64,000 nucleotides of DNA from Octopus vulgaris (lineage: Eukaryota). The stretch spans positions 6,758,001-6,822,000 of the forward strand of contig OX597836.1 in the NCBI GenBank assembly GCA_951406725.2, written 5' to 3'. Below are positions 32,893-48,031 of the stretch, in pieces (positions within the stretch are counted from its first letter, which is position 1; the number at the start of each line of letters is the position of its first letter). The translations under genes and the position numbers were made by a program. A model generated the notes under the pieces. The model saw only the letters and a program-made list of their open reading frames with translations. It ran no database searches and was not told the DNA's origin.

Positions 32893-32995
32893 ATTATTAT
32901 ATGTAAACTCCTACACTTCATGGTTCTCTGTGTATTGTTCCCTCATCCTTCGCCCTTGTGGCAAAAAATGAAATCATCATCATCATCATCATCAC
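32893..32995 (+). mobile_element. Short 3'-end fragment of the same Tx1-like LINE family
   Basis: ttattatatgtaaactcctacacttcatgg...tgtattgttccctcatccttcgcccttgtggcaaaaaatgaaatc(atc)n aligns with 63296-63390. Confidence 0.8.
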
Positions 32996-33174
32996 CATTA
33001 TTATTGCTATTATTATTATTATTATTGCTATTATTATTATTATTATTGCTATTATTATTATCTCTTTATCACAAGGTTTTGTTGGAGCTCTTGGAGTCTT
33101 GCATGCGTAGCGGACTTGCTACCTGAAGCCTCTGATACCATCTTATCCGTTCTTTTCTGCTATAGAATACTTAC

Positions 33175-33231
33175 CTGATTATTCTGGCCGTGCCAATTCT
33201 CATTCTTGATGTTGCTGTTGTCATTATTATT

Positions 33232-33263
<32 letters not shown>

Positions 33264-33305
33264 CATTATTATTATAACTACTACTACTACTACTACTACT
33301 ACTAT

Positions 33306-33386
<81 letters not shown>

Positions 33387-33566
33387 CAGCAGCAGCATCC
33401 TCATCATCCGCACCATTAACTCCATTGTCACTATCACCATCATTATCATCATCATAATCGCCGTCGTCATTTATCATCACCACCACCGCCACCGCTTGCA
33501 ACAACAACAACAACACCAACAACATCAGCAAGAACAACAGGAAGAATCCATAACCACCGTTATCAT
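33175..33566 (-). other. Candidate internal exon (low complexity)
   Basis: Minus-strand acceptor ttCTGACccgctgctgatgtttcAG|, donor CAG|GTAAGT, one frame open throughout. Confidence 0.25.
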
Positions 33567-33693
33567 CTGAAACATCAGCAGCGGGTCAGAAATATAAATA
33601 GAACCACCTGACCATGGAATGGAGTTTCTTTCTTTGAAAAGTAATATGGCCGTGCCAATTCTCATTCTTGATGTTGCTGTTGTCATTATTATT

Positions 33694-33725
<32 letters not shown>

Positions 33726-33767
33726 CATTATTATTATAACTACTACTACTACTACTACTACTACTAT

Positions 33768-33827
<60 letters not shown>

Positions 33828-33877
33828 CCGGCTTTAGGGGTCTGGTGGGAAGCCCAACATTCCACGTACTTTTACAG

Positions 33878-34008
33878 GACTTCGAAAAACTGAAGGGCCG
33901 TTGCAATAAGAAGTGTGTGAATTTGAGAAGGGAATATGTTGAATAAAATCATAATTAACTGATCCTTCTGTATTTTTTAAATCCAAAGCCAGGAACTTTT
34001 CAGCAACA

Positions 34009-34013
<5 letters not shown>
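33878..34013 (+). mobile_element. Mariner 3' end fragment (second family)
   Basis: KCVNLRREYVE* followed by TIR-like aaagccaggaacttttcagcaacacctcg. Confidence 0.75.
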
Positions 34014-34083
<70 letters not shown>

Positions 34084-34980
34084 TATTACAACCTGAGTGG
34101 TTTTCTTAAACAGAGACTGAATGAAGACCGTTTATATAAGAGAGAGAGAGAGACAGACTGACAGACAGAGAGAGACAGAGAGAGAGAGAGACAGAGAGAT
34201 TGATATAAATATAGATATATATGCATATAGATATGTATATATACATATGTATATCTATTGTGCGTGTGTGCGTGTTGTTGTTGTGTGTGTGTGAGAGAGA
34301 ATCTGTGTGTGTGTATGTGTACGTGTGTCTGTATGTGTGTGTTTGAGTTTCTATTTGTTCACCACAATCGCTTAAGAACCGGTATTGGTATGTTTACGTC
34401 CCGAAAGAAACCGATAGCATGAATACTATTCATTTAACTAACAACAACACTTCAAGCCGGTGCCCCAGCATGGCCGCAGTCGATGCGTGTGCAGGCGGGT
34501 GCGTACCTGTGCGAGACTATGTTAGCCGTGTATGTGCGCCTGCGTGTGCAGGTATGTGTGTGAGCGTACATACGTGAGTGTGTCTTTGTGTGTATGTGTC
34601 TGTGTCTGTGTGGGTGCGCACGTTTTTGTGTGTATGTGTGTGTATGTGTGTAAGTGCGTGTGTGTGTGTGTGTGTTTTATCACGCTATTGCTATCACATA
34701 TCACACACGCACTCACGGTTGGAAAGCTGATATACAAGGACAAACACACCTACACACACACACACACACATACAAACAAACATATATATAGACACATCCA
34801 CTCTCTCTCACACACACAGACACACACATAACCACACATACATGCTCTCATACACATGCACATGCTACGTGCACACGCCTACGTTGCCGTCCACATCTCC
34901 AATGTAGCTTGCGCGCGTGTATTTCCATACGTGTCTCAAGGTGAGCAACGTGAGAGCGTATGCGCCTCTGTGTGTGTGTA

Positions 34981-35024
<44 letters not shown>

Positions 35025-35330
35025 TGTGTACCGTTTCTATGCGAACTAAGTGTACATATATATGTACAAGTATATTCAATGCATTTATATCTATAACATG
35101 TATGTATAAATATATATATATATGTTTACATGCATACATAAATATATATATGTACGTACGTATAAGATATATATATATATATATACACTGGATATGATTT
35201 CCATATGAATATATATGAGTGTGTCAATATGTATATATATATATATATATTATATTTGATTCCCAACCGCTTGTTTCCGGGTTCAGCTTTGTAACTGGAT
35301 TTCGTAGACGGAAACTGGGAGAAGCCCATC

Positions 35331-35386
<56 letters not shown>

Positions 35387-35470
35387 AGATAGATAGGTAA
35401 ATAGATAGATAGATAGATAGATAGAGAGAGGGATGGATATAGATATAGATATAGGTATATATATATATGC

Positions 35471-35552
<82 letters not shown>

Positions 35553-35647
35553 TCATATATATGTATATATACATATTTGTATATATATATATATATATAT
35601 ACACACAAACATACATATATATGTATTTATGCATATTTATTTGTATG

Positions 35648-35691
<44 letters not shown>

Positions 35692-36027
35692 TATCTGTGT
35701 ATAATGTAGGCTTTTATGAGAATGTATATACAAGTGCACATCAATGTCCGTCGCCGTGTGCAGTGAGTGTGAATGCTGTTGCCTGCAGTATTTGTGCAGC
35801 CGAGACAATCAATCTGCATCAGAAGATGTTGCAACTGTGTTGCACTATTAGATGCTGTTCACTGCAGTATCTATGCACTCTTTAGATGCAGCAATGTTAA
35901 CTTTCGGTTTTCTTTTTTTTTCTTTTTCTTTTTATTTTGTTTCTGTTTGACTATTTCTAGAGGTCAACTTCAAACTCTGCATCAAGCTCACCCATAAGAA
36001 CATACAGACATACATACATACATATAC

Positions 36028-36071
<44 letters not shown>

Positions 36072-36111
36072 TATATACGTATATATGTATATATATGTAT
36101 GTATATATATG

Positions 36112-36160
<49 letters not shown>

Positions 36161-36183
36161 GTATATATATGTATATGTATATG

Positions 36184-36230
<47 letters not shown>

Positions 36231-36259
36231 GTGTATATGTATATGTATATATATATATG

Positions 36260-36306
<47 letters not shown>

Positions 36307-36331
36307 CACACACATATATGGAGAGAGAGTG

Positions 36332-36412
<81 letters not shown>

Positions 36413-36964
36413 GATTGGTGGAGAAAGACAGAATGTCATTTCTCAAGGAACTTGATCTTTTGGCAGCTTAGACCAAAAGAAAAATTATCTGCCGTTATGT
36501 TTAAAAACACACCTTAAATATGATAGAATAGATGGATGGCTGGATGGATGGATTTGGGTGGGTGGGTGGGCGTATGGATGGATCTATCGATCAATCGATC
36601 TCTCTATCTAACTCTACCTCAATCCTTTACTCTCCATCCTCCAAGTTCCTTTGCATCGCCAGACCCAGCACCTACCTCCAAATCAACCACCACTACTACC
36701 GCCACTGCCAACACCTTCACCACTACTATCACCACCACAGCCCTTATATCAACCTACCTGCATTAGTACCAGTTACGTCATACGGTTGCCCACAGGTGCC
36801 ACCGCCACCATCGCCACCGCAACCATCTCCACCTCCATCCCAATCTACATGTCACTGATGTCACACCAATTGTTACAACTCCCACACACACACCACATTC
36901 AGTTGTCAACCTGTAAAGCTGCCCTCCTACCCTTCCCCTATCGCCATCCGTAATTCCTTTATAA

Positions 36965-37001
<37 letters not shown>

Positions 37002-37419
37002 GAACTATTACTGCTTGAGCTGCTACTACTACTTTTTTTACTATTAGAACTACTACTACTACAACTACTACAGCTACTACTATTACTACTACTACAGTTG
37101 CTACAACTACTATTACTTCTACTGCTACTACTACAATTGCTACTACTACTACTAGAATTAGTACAACTACTACTACTACTACTCATACAACTACTATTGC
37201 TGCTGCTACTACTACAACAACTACTACTACTACAACTACTACTGCTACTACTATTACCACAACTACAACCACTACTACGAATACTAGTATGATGATCCTG
37301 ACATTTACTACCACCGCAACCATGGCTAGTTCCACCAGCAAGCACCTGTACTATCACCTCAACAACTACTAGCAATCATCGTGATTAGTACCATACTTAT
37401 CCCTACTATCGCCAACATT

Positions 37420-37770
37420 ACTCTAGGTGCAAGGCCCGAAATTTGGGGGGAGGGGCCAGTCGATTAGATCGACCTCAGTACGCAACTGGTACTTAATTTC
37501 TCGACCCCGAATAGATGAAAGGTAGAGTCGACCTCGGCAGAATTTTTGGAGTCGATTAGATAAGTACCAGTTGCACACTGGGGTCCATATAATCGACTTA
37601 ATCCCTCCCCTCAAATTTGATGCCTAGTGCCAACATTCGAAGCCATCATTATCACCGTCAGCGCGTTGAACAAAATGCTTAGCGGCATTTCTTTTGAGTT
37701 GAAATTCCTTTCAAGGTCGATATCATAAGCACCAGTTGAGCATCGGTTAATGTAATCACCTGGTGTCCGC
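37420..37770. mobile_element. Cluster of SINE family A fragments in both orientations
   Basis: Minus piece 37420-37545 joined to plus pieces 37550-37645 and 37660-37770. Confidence 0.75.
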
Positions 37771-37825
37771 CTCAGCGAAATTTGATCTTATGACGTTGAG
37801 CCGTGAAAAATACCGCTAGGTACTA

Positions 37826-37996
37826 CGTGGTTGTGTGGTAAGTAGCTTGCTCACCAATCACATGGTTCCGGGTTCAGTCCTTCTGCGTGGCACCTTGGGC
37901 AAGAGTTTACCACTATAGCCTAGGGTCGACCAAAGCCTTGTGAGTAGATTTGGTAGACGGAAACTGAAAGAATCCCGTCGTATATGTGTGTGTGTT

Positions 37997-38036
<40 letters not shown>

Positions 38037-38232
38037 ATTGTGTGTGTGTGTGATTGTGTGTTTGTTCCCCCCCATCATCACTTGACAACCGATGTTGGTG
38101 TGTCTACGTCCTCGTAACATAGCGGTTCGGCAAAAGAGACCTTTGGTATAAGTACTAGGCTTACAAAGTATACGTCCTGAGGTCGATTTGCTCGACTAAA
38201 GGCGGTGCTCCAGTAAGGCCGCAGTCAAATAT
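37826..38232 (+). mobile_element. SINE family B, near full length
   Basis: Colinear with 42356-42750; internal (TG)n expanded. Confidence 0.9.
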
Positions 38233-38601
38233 AAAAAACAAAAACACCGCTAAGTATTTATTCGCCTTGTTATAAATAGTTACAAATTCTGGCACAAGGC
38301 CAACGGCCAACAATTTTGATGGGAGGGTGGGGTTGGGCGGGCTGGGTTGTCTAGTCGATTAGACCGTCCCTGGTTCTCACCTGATGCTCACCTGGTGCTT
38401 ATTTCATCGATGAAGGGCGAAGTCGGCCTCAGGTTTATTTGAACTGCTAAACGTAAAGAGCCAGGGATAAGAAGGGAAACAAATCGCGTTACAAGGAAAG
38501 CACATCTATTACTACTACTACTACTACTACTACTACGACGACGACGACGACGACTACTACTACTACTTCGACTATTACTACTACTTCTACTACTACTACT
38601 G

Positions 38602-38646
<45 letters not shown>

Positions 38647-39288
38647 TTACTAACGTTACTGCTGCTGTAGTTGTTGCTGCCACCACTGTCACAACCACCA
38701 CAACCTCTACTACCACTACCACTACTACTACTGCTACTGCTGCTGCTACTACTACTACATACAGGATCATTTACTTGATCTGAGGAGCTGCTAGAGATAG
38801 CAGTCAAATCACTATGAAATCAAACTTGACCGTTTTAATAAGGAGGTGGCACTTTAAAATGAAACAGGTTCTCTCGCAAGCAAACCTCGATTCTTATGGA
38901 ATCAAACGTCACATATTGAAAATAAGGCTCCACCGTGCCACGGAGCCACAGTGCAGTGACATTATTTTCAGTATAGCTTGGTGATGGTAATCAGACGTAT
39001 ACTTTGGTGACATTCGATCGATTCAAAAGGAGTTTTTAATGAGAAAAAGATGTCCTGGGTTTATAATGTGATATCAGTTTGATCATACAAGCCCCGGCTG
39101 GAGCTCAACCGAGCTGCGGTTAAACAACGACTACAACAATATCATGTTGTCAATGAAAATATTCGCAAAGCAAAACTACTACCGACACCACAGCCATCAC
39201 CGTTAGAGCTACCACTACCATCAGCACAACTACCTATACCAATATTCGAATGCAGAAAGCCGTCACACCAACATAAATTTCTTTTATC

Positions 39289-39350
<62 letters not shown>

Positions 39351-39372
39351 CTTTATACATATGTATATATAA

Positions 39373-39423
<51 letters not shown>

Positions 39424-39530
39424 AGTGTGTGTGTGTGCGTGTGTGTCTATATATATGTGTGTGTCTATATATATATATAAACACATATATGTGTATATAT
39501 ATATGCATGTATACATATGCTTTTATACAT

Positions 39531-39566
<36 letters not shown>

Positions 39567-39656
39567 ATACTTTGTACATATGGATATATTTATATATGTA
39601 TGCATGTATACATATATATATATATACATGCATGTATTAATAGTTACAAATATATA

Positions 39657-39784
<128 letters not shown>

Positions 39785-39831
39785 CATATATATACATATA
39801 AACACATGTAAATGTATGTATATATATATAT

Positions 39832-39870
<39 letters not shown>

Positions 39871-40107
39871 GACAGAGAGATAGAGAGAGTTGTATATACA
39901 CATACATATATGCATAGAAATATACATTCATACATACATATGAATATATCTGTATATATGTGTGTGTGTGTCTGTGTGTGTGTGTGTCTATAACTATCTG
40001 CTATGTATAAATATATATATATATGCATATATATGTAAGTATATGAATATAAATATACGTATATATATTTACATAAATATAAATCTATATATATGCACAT
40101 ATATGCA

Positions 40108-40183
<76 letters not shown>

Positions 40184-41040
40184 CATGTATATACGTGCAT
40201 GTATATAAATATATATATACACTTATATAAACACAAATGCTCAAATGTATATATGTGGCGTGTTTCTCTAGTTTGTGTATGTATGTCAATATATATATAT
40301 GCGTGTATGTGTCTGTGTGTGTGCGTACACATACATGCATATATACTCGCGCCCGTTCACACAATGATACATACACAGACGTATGAAGATTGTTATGTAA
40401 CATGCGAGTGTATACGCACTTATCTTCACACACACGCACACACTACACACACACAGTTCTATAATTTTCTATATACATGCATCATCCCTATTACAACAAA
40501 CACACACACACACGTTATTGTATTCCAGGTGATATGAAAAGAAGGTGTGCGTTGCATTCAATCTTAAAACGATGGGTGTCAGGTTTCGTGTATGTCTCTG
40601 TGATGCAGTGAAGAATTGCACGTCCAATCAGCTTGCATCACTAAGGCAGCGCACAGCCAGGCGTGTCATTTTAGCTGCACTACAAAGTGCAGCTAGCGGT
40701 GAGAATATCTGCACTTTTATCGTGTCGATCTGCATGCCGACCGACGAAGACAAAAGCAGCCTGCATGTGTGTATGTGTGTGTATATATATATATGTATAT
40801 ATGTATATGCCTGCATAAATACATATATACATATATATATACGTGTGTATGTATACATATATATATAGATATAGATACATGTATGCATGTAGTTATGTAT
40901 GATGTATGTATTATAAATACATGCACATATGCGCACACACGCACGCACCCATTATCTTTGTACGTTCATATCTTCGTCTATGTATGCATATGTGTGTATG
41001 TGTGCGTTTGCGTGTGTGTGTGTGCTTGATTGTGTATAAT

Positions 41041-41112
<72 letters not shown>

Positions 41113-41259
41113 ATATATACACATATATATAATATATATATACATATATTATATATATATATATATACATTCATATATACATACATATATAAATACATGA
41201 ACATGAGCGTGAGAAAGGATTAGATGTGATGGATATATGTCTATGAATATGTATATCTA

Positions 41260-41396
<137 letters not shown>

Positions 41397-41469
41397 CATA
41401 CATACATACATACATATATACATACATACATACATATATATATATACACACACACACATATATATAAAC

Positions 41470-41740
41470 AGGCGTGGTTGTATGTTAAAAAGCTTGCTTC
41501 CCAATCACATGGTTCCGGGTTCAGTCCCAATGCGTGGCACCTTGGGTAAATGTCTGTGCTTGTTGTTGACTAGCGTTCGCCTAATTACACCTTTGTAACT
41601 TGGAGCTTCTTCAAAAGAAACCGGTAGAATAAATATCAGATTTAAATACAAGAACTGGTATTGATTTGGTTGACTAACCGCTTGAAGGGACGCCCCTTGC
41701 TTGGCCAGAATCAATGAATGAAATAAGTCAAAGAAGAAAA
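41470..41740 (+). mobile_element. SINE family B, internally deleted
   Basis: Head ggcgtggttgtatg...ggttccgggttcagtccc...ccttgggtaaatgtct fused to the 3' module. Confidence 0.8.
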
Positions 41741-42355
41741 ATGTGAAGAATATGTAAGTGTGCATTATTTCTTCTGCTATAGCTTCCTGGAACTACCCTT
41801 ATCATAATAAATTTTTACAATAATGTGATTTTAAGGATAAGATTAATTAGAGGAGAAAACATGAATACTCAGTCCGAAACAGCTGGAAACGTATAATTAT
41901 ATGGTTTAATACTCCTTTTAGCCCTAGCGTGTGTACATGTATCTCCAAAAGTTACTTTAATTTGTGATCTAAGTAATTTTTGTTTAATCGTTTATATTAC
42001 AATATATTTAATATGAATAAAGTTAAAATAATATTTTAGCTCTACACAAAACTTAATATATAGACAAAGAAAAATCTTTAATAATTACCTGTATCCACTA
42101 CTTTCCATCGGTGCAGTAAATTCTCCGTAATTTATTCATGATACTTTCGTAAAATAAACAATAGATGATTAAAAAAAACACTATTGTTAAACTATAGATA
42201 TTTTACAATCTATAGAGAAGCTATAGATAGTAAAATACACTGGTTTCACTATAATGCATTTTAGGAAAATAGAATTTATAATTTCCAGATCATGGCTTAA
42301 TTTCTAAAGTTCAAATGGGTTTGACTAGCAATAATTTGAGTTAAGATTTAACATA

Positions 42356-42750
42356 GGCGCAGGAGTGGCTGTGTGTTAAGTAGCTTGCTTACCAACCACA
42401 TGGTTCCGGGTTCAGTCCCACTGCGTGGCATGTTGGGCAAGTGTCTTCTACTATAGCCTCGGGCCGACCAAAGCCTTGTGAGTGGATTTGGTAGACGGGA
42501 ACTGAAAGAAGCTCGTCGTATATATGTATATATACGTATGTGTTTGTGTGTCTGTGTTTATCCCCCTAGCATTGCTTGACAACCGATGCTGGTGTGCTTA
42601 CGTCGCCGTTACTTAGCGGTTCGGCAAAAGAGACGGATAGAATAAGTACTGGGCTTACAAAGAATAAGTACTGGGGTCGATTTGCTCGACTAAAGGCGGC
42701 GCTCCAGCATGGCCGCAGTCAAATGACTGAAAGAAGTAAAAGGGTAAAAA
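42356..42750 (+). mobile_element. SINE family B (tRNA head, CORE-like domain, internal microsatellite, 3' module), full length
   Basis: A box tggctgtgtgtt, B box gggttcagtccc, CORE-like ttgggcaagtgtcttcta; ends atgactgaaagaagtaaaagggtaaaa. Resembles octopus OR-type CORE-SINEs (from memory). Confidence 0.92.
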
Positions 42751-43231
42751 AGGGTATACATATCTATACTTTGAGAAACACAGAACATTATTATACTATC
42801 TTAAAATAAACTATAGTCTCACTATAGATAGTGAAGCAACAATATTAGAAAGTTTAAAATAATTTGGTAGACATCAGAACATTCCAAGTTATATAGCTAA
42901 ATATTCTAGACAATAAAGGGTGTGATCCTTTTCTGAAAAGACAAAAAAATGATTGTTCCATAAAGCATCTACCCTAAACTCATTGGAGTTTTTAGAATGC
43001 CTATCTGTCAAAATCTACATAGCTCTTTATTCTTAGTATTTAAAACTTCAAAGAAATCCAAAACACTTCTTTTGCTAACGTGCATCTCACATTCAACAGC
43101 TTTTATCGTCATAAATTGAAAATTATGTTCAAATATTTCAAAAAGCCAAACAGCCGAACGCCAAAGGGTTTTCTGTTATACTTTCAAATGCTTCAAACAA
43201 CTTGAAACCTTTTCTTTTCTTGACATGCATC

Positions 43232-43275
<44 letters not shown>

Positions 43276-43556
43276 GGTGTTTTATTTCTTTCACTGCTCC
43301 AGAATCGGTTAAACGTGAAACTCAAACCCAGAATTTGTGAAATTCTGCTAAAAATAAAATTCATTTCATTACTCTACTTTATTATTATTATTTTCTTTTG
43401 CGTTCTTTGTTGTCTGAAGTGTTTATATTTGTGTGTATTTTTGAGATGCACACACACACACACACATATGTGTATGTACATATATATATAATATGTGTGT
43501 GTGTGTGTGTATACGCATATGTATATATACGTATTACAAGATTCTTGATGTGAACT

Positions 43557-44007
43557 GGTGTGGGTGTGTGGTAAGAAGCTTGCTTCCCAACCAAACGGTT
43601 CTAGATTCAGTCTCACTGTGTGACGCTTCGGGCAAGTGTCTTCTACTAGAGCCTCAGGACGACCAAAGCCTTTTAGGTTGATTTGGTAGACGGAAAGTGA
43701 AAGAAGTCCATCGCATATATAAATATATATATACATATGTGTGTGTGCACGCGTTGTGTGTGTGGAGCCTTCTGTCTTTGCATGGCCCACACCACTACCA
43801 CCACCACCACCACCACCACTTGACAAACGGTGTTGGCGTGTTTATGTCCTCGTAACTTAACGATTTGGCAAAAGTAACCAATCGGAAAAATACTAGGTTT
43901 AAAAAAAAAGTACCGGGGTCGATTCGTTCAACTAAAAATTCTTTAAGACATTGCCCCAGCATGGTCGCAGTATAATGACTGAAAGAAGCAAGAGATAAAA
44001 AGTAAAA
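43557..44007 (+). mobile_element. SINE family B, full length, diverged
   Basis: Colinear with 42356-42750. Confidence 0.85.
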
Positions 44008-44052
44008 GATACAAACATATACATTCATATATGTGTGTGTGCGTGTGTGTCT

Positions 44053-44099
<47 letters not shown>

Positions 44100-44246
44100 C
44101 ACACAAACACACATATCCTTTCTACTCTAGACACAAGGCCTGAAATTTGTGAGAAGGGGATAGTCAATTACATCGACCCCAGTATATACATATACATACA
44201 TACACACACATATATATATGTATTTATATATCTATATCTATATATA

Positions 44247-44295
<49 letters not shown>

Positions 44296-44479
44296 GTATA
44301 TGTATATATATATAAACTGGCGTGGCTGTGTGGTAAGAAGCTTGCTTCCTAATCACATGGTTCCGGGTTCAGTCCCAGGTACTTATTTTATTGATCCCGA
44401 AAGAATGAAAGGCAACACACACAAAGGAGATGGAGGAGGAGGAGGAGGAGGAAGAGGTGGAGGAAGAGGTGGAAGCGGT

Positions 44480-44672
44480 GACCCCCTTCGGTCATGAATG
44501 ACCATGGGATTGCACCTAGAAAGTTACCCTCCGAGGCACAAGTCCATGGAAGGTTGTTTATGGAAGACCAGCAGTCGCCCATGCATACCAGCCTCCCATA
44601 TCTCCATGCTACCAGTGTTATCCAAGGGAAAGTCAAAGGAGCCGATACAGCTTGGCACCAGTGATGTCGGCA
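44480..44672 (-). mobile_element. SINE family C, 3' half
   Basis: Aligns with 53205-53345 (atgaccatg...cacctag...ccagcagt...gttatccaa...gatacagcttg). Confidence 0.8.
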
Positions 44673-45437
44673 ATTTAGATTTAGTGATGCCTACTAAATC
44701 TACTCGCAATGTTTTGCTCGACCCGAGGCTACAATAGAAGACACTTGCTCAAGGTACCAGGCAGTGGGACTGAACCTGGAATCAAGGGATTGGGAAGCAA
44801 GTGCAACTATTTCTCCTTTTTCTCTCTTCGTCTTTTTACTCTCTGTTACCCTCTTACTTTCAATTTCTAGCCTTTCTCTTTTTCCCTCTTCTTCCCTTTC
44901 CTTTCCCCGCTCCCCCTATCTCTCACCCTCTTTCTCCTCTGCCTGCTGATGGCACGTGACCCGCGGCCAGCCTTTCTTTCACTCCCTTTTTTACACCGGT
45001 CGTAAATTCTCTATTCCCCACTTGTACCCGTCTGGTTATTTGTTGCTTTTCTAATCCTTTACGATTGCCCCCTAAGCGTTACCCAACATTCGTCTTCTTA
45101 TGACCCTAAGGCTGTATTCTGTTCATTTCTTATTGATATCCTCTTTGTCGTTCGTCCATCGTTTTGATTTACATTCATTCGCATTCGTATTTCCACTTCT
45201 GTATCGCCTGCTATGCATGTATAACTTATGTTCGGCTCTATAGTTTCCGCAACTTTCGCGGGCACCGTCAGCATGAGAAGTACGTAGTCTTATCATTAAT
45301 GGCCCGAAACTGAGTAATACAGTTTGGTTGATAACTGATAATGAATTAAGCACCTTCTGTTTCTCTTTCCTGTTTGTTTGTGCACTCAGTATAGAGTGAA
45401 TGTATGAGAGAAATAGAGTGTATGTATGTGCGTGTGT

Positions 45438-45471
<34 letters not shown>

Positions 45472-45571
45472 CGTTGTGTGTGATGGTGGATGAGCTGTAT
45501 TAAATGAAGTGCGCATGTTGATGCGTATATATATATGTATATGTATGTATATTTATATATATATGTATATG

Positions 45572-45626
<55 letters not shown>

Positions 45627-45855
45627 GTATATATATATATATGTATATATATATATGTGTGTATATATATATATGTGTATGTATATATATACATATATAT
45701 ATATATGCATATATATACATATATACATACATAATATATCATACAGCCACTTTGATGTGGCGATTAACTTTCCTTGTTAGTATACTTACTACTCTCATCT
45801 GTTCTTGAGAAACTTCTTTACAACTCGCAACTTTGCATAAACACACACACACATA

Positions 45856-45947
<92 letters not shown>

Positions 45948-46011
45948 AATATATATTCATATGCACATGCATGTATATATACATATATAATTTATATATG
46001 TGTGTATGTAC

Positions 46012-46050
<39 letters not shown>

Positions 46051-46239
46051 CATATGTATGTGTGTGTATGTATATATATATATACGTTTTAAATACACAT
46101 ATACATAATTTTTTTTTGTACGGTGTACTATATGAGACTGTTTTAATAAAAGATTTACCATAACTCGTATAAATATGTGTGTGTCTGTGTGTGTTTCAGT
46201 TATTGAGCGTGTGTATATAAAAACAATTGAAATAGCAGG

Positions 46240-46283
<44 letters not shown>

Positions 46284-46782
46284 TGTGTGTGTATTCGCAC
46301 AGTATTTATATTGTATGCCTATGTCTACGTGTATGTATATGTACGCATATTTTTACGTACTTCGGTGTCTATGTGCGAGTCTCCTGCACGAATGCCTGTG
46401 TGTACGCGCGTGCGTGTTTGTTGATGGATGTTTCTGCGCGCACGTGTGGCTTTATGCGCAGGTGTGTATGCGTAAGTGTGTGTATGTGCGTATACGTGTG
46501 TGTGTGTGTGCGTGTGCATGTGAGTGTTTATGCGTGTCTGTTTGTATGGTTGCGCGTAGATTCTTGTGTTTGCGCTTGTATGTTTGCATAGGAGCGTGTT
46601 TGCGCGTGCCTTTGTGTACGTGTGTGTATGTGTATGTGTGTGTGTGTTTCTGTATCGATGTATATATATATATATATGTATGTATATGTATATATATACA
46701 TCTGCGTATCTGCGTGCATGCATGTGTATGTGCGTGCGTGTATGCGTGCGTGTGCATGTCTTTGTGTGTGTGTGTATGTGTT

Positions 46783-46815
<33 letters not shown>

Positions 46816-46899
46816 ATGTGTGCATGTGTATGTGTGTGTGTGTGTGAAGTAAAAGCACTCCCCTGTAGAGACACATCTGTTTCAATAGACTTCAATGAA

Positions 46900-46985
46900 A
46901 GTAACAATATGGCTGCCGTCTGAGTCACGCCGCCATTTTTCCCTTCGTCAAATGTCGTTAATGTCCGGATTAGCAGCACCTCAAC
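46900..46985. promoter_or_regulatory. Candidate cis-regulatory island (YY1-like x2, AP-1, homeodomain cores)
   Basis: CAATATGGCTGCC 46905, TGAGTCA 46921, GCCGCCATTTT 46929, TAAT/GATTA 46959-46972. Confidence 0.4.
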
Positions 46986-47238
46986 CAGTCGCACCGCCAG
47001 TACCACCGCAACCACACACACACACACACATACACACACAAATGGCTATTGATAGAACGTGCTGCCGTCTCTTTAAACGACTGAAACCGGCAGATTGGAG
47101 AACTACAGCACACAAAGCATTCGTTTGGTCCAGTTTATTGTCACACGGCGGCGCCACCGCCGCGGCACTAACACCACCAACACCTCCACCACCACCAACA
47201 ACAATAACAATAACAACCAGAACAACAACAACAACAAC

Positions 47239-47270
<32 letters not shown>

Positions 47271-47304
47271 TGATGATGATGATGACGATGCTGATGATAA
47301 TGAT

Positions 47305-47342
<38 letters not shown>

Positions 47343-47395
47343 TGATGATGATGATGATGATGATAATGATGATAATAATAATAATAATGATGGTG

Positions 47396-47440
<45 letters not shown>

Positions 47441-47511
47441 GTAATAATAATGATGATGATGGTGATGATGATGATAATGATGATTAGGATGATGATAATA
47501 ATAATAATAAT

Positions 47512-47561
<50 letters not shown>

Positions 47562-47598
47562 TGATGATGATGATGATGATAATGATGATAATAATAAC

Positions 47599-47650
<52 letters not shown>

Positions 47651-47721
47651 GTAATAATAATGATGATGATGGTGATGATGATGATAATGATGATTAGGAT
47701 GATGATAATAATAATAATAAT

Positions 47722-47782
<61 letters not shown>

Positions 47783-47853
47783 GTAATAATAATGATGATG
47801 ATGGTGATGATGATGATAATGATGATTAGGATGATGATAATAATAATAATAAT

Positions 47854-47917
<64 letters not shown>

Positions 47918-48031
47918 GTAATAATAATGATGATGATGGTGATGATGATGATAATGATGATTAGGATGATGATAATAATAATAATTATAATAATTATAAT
48001 AATAATAATAATGATGATGATGATGATGATG

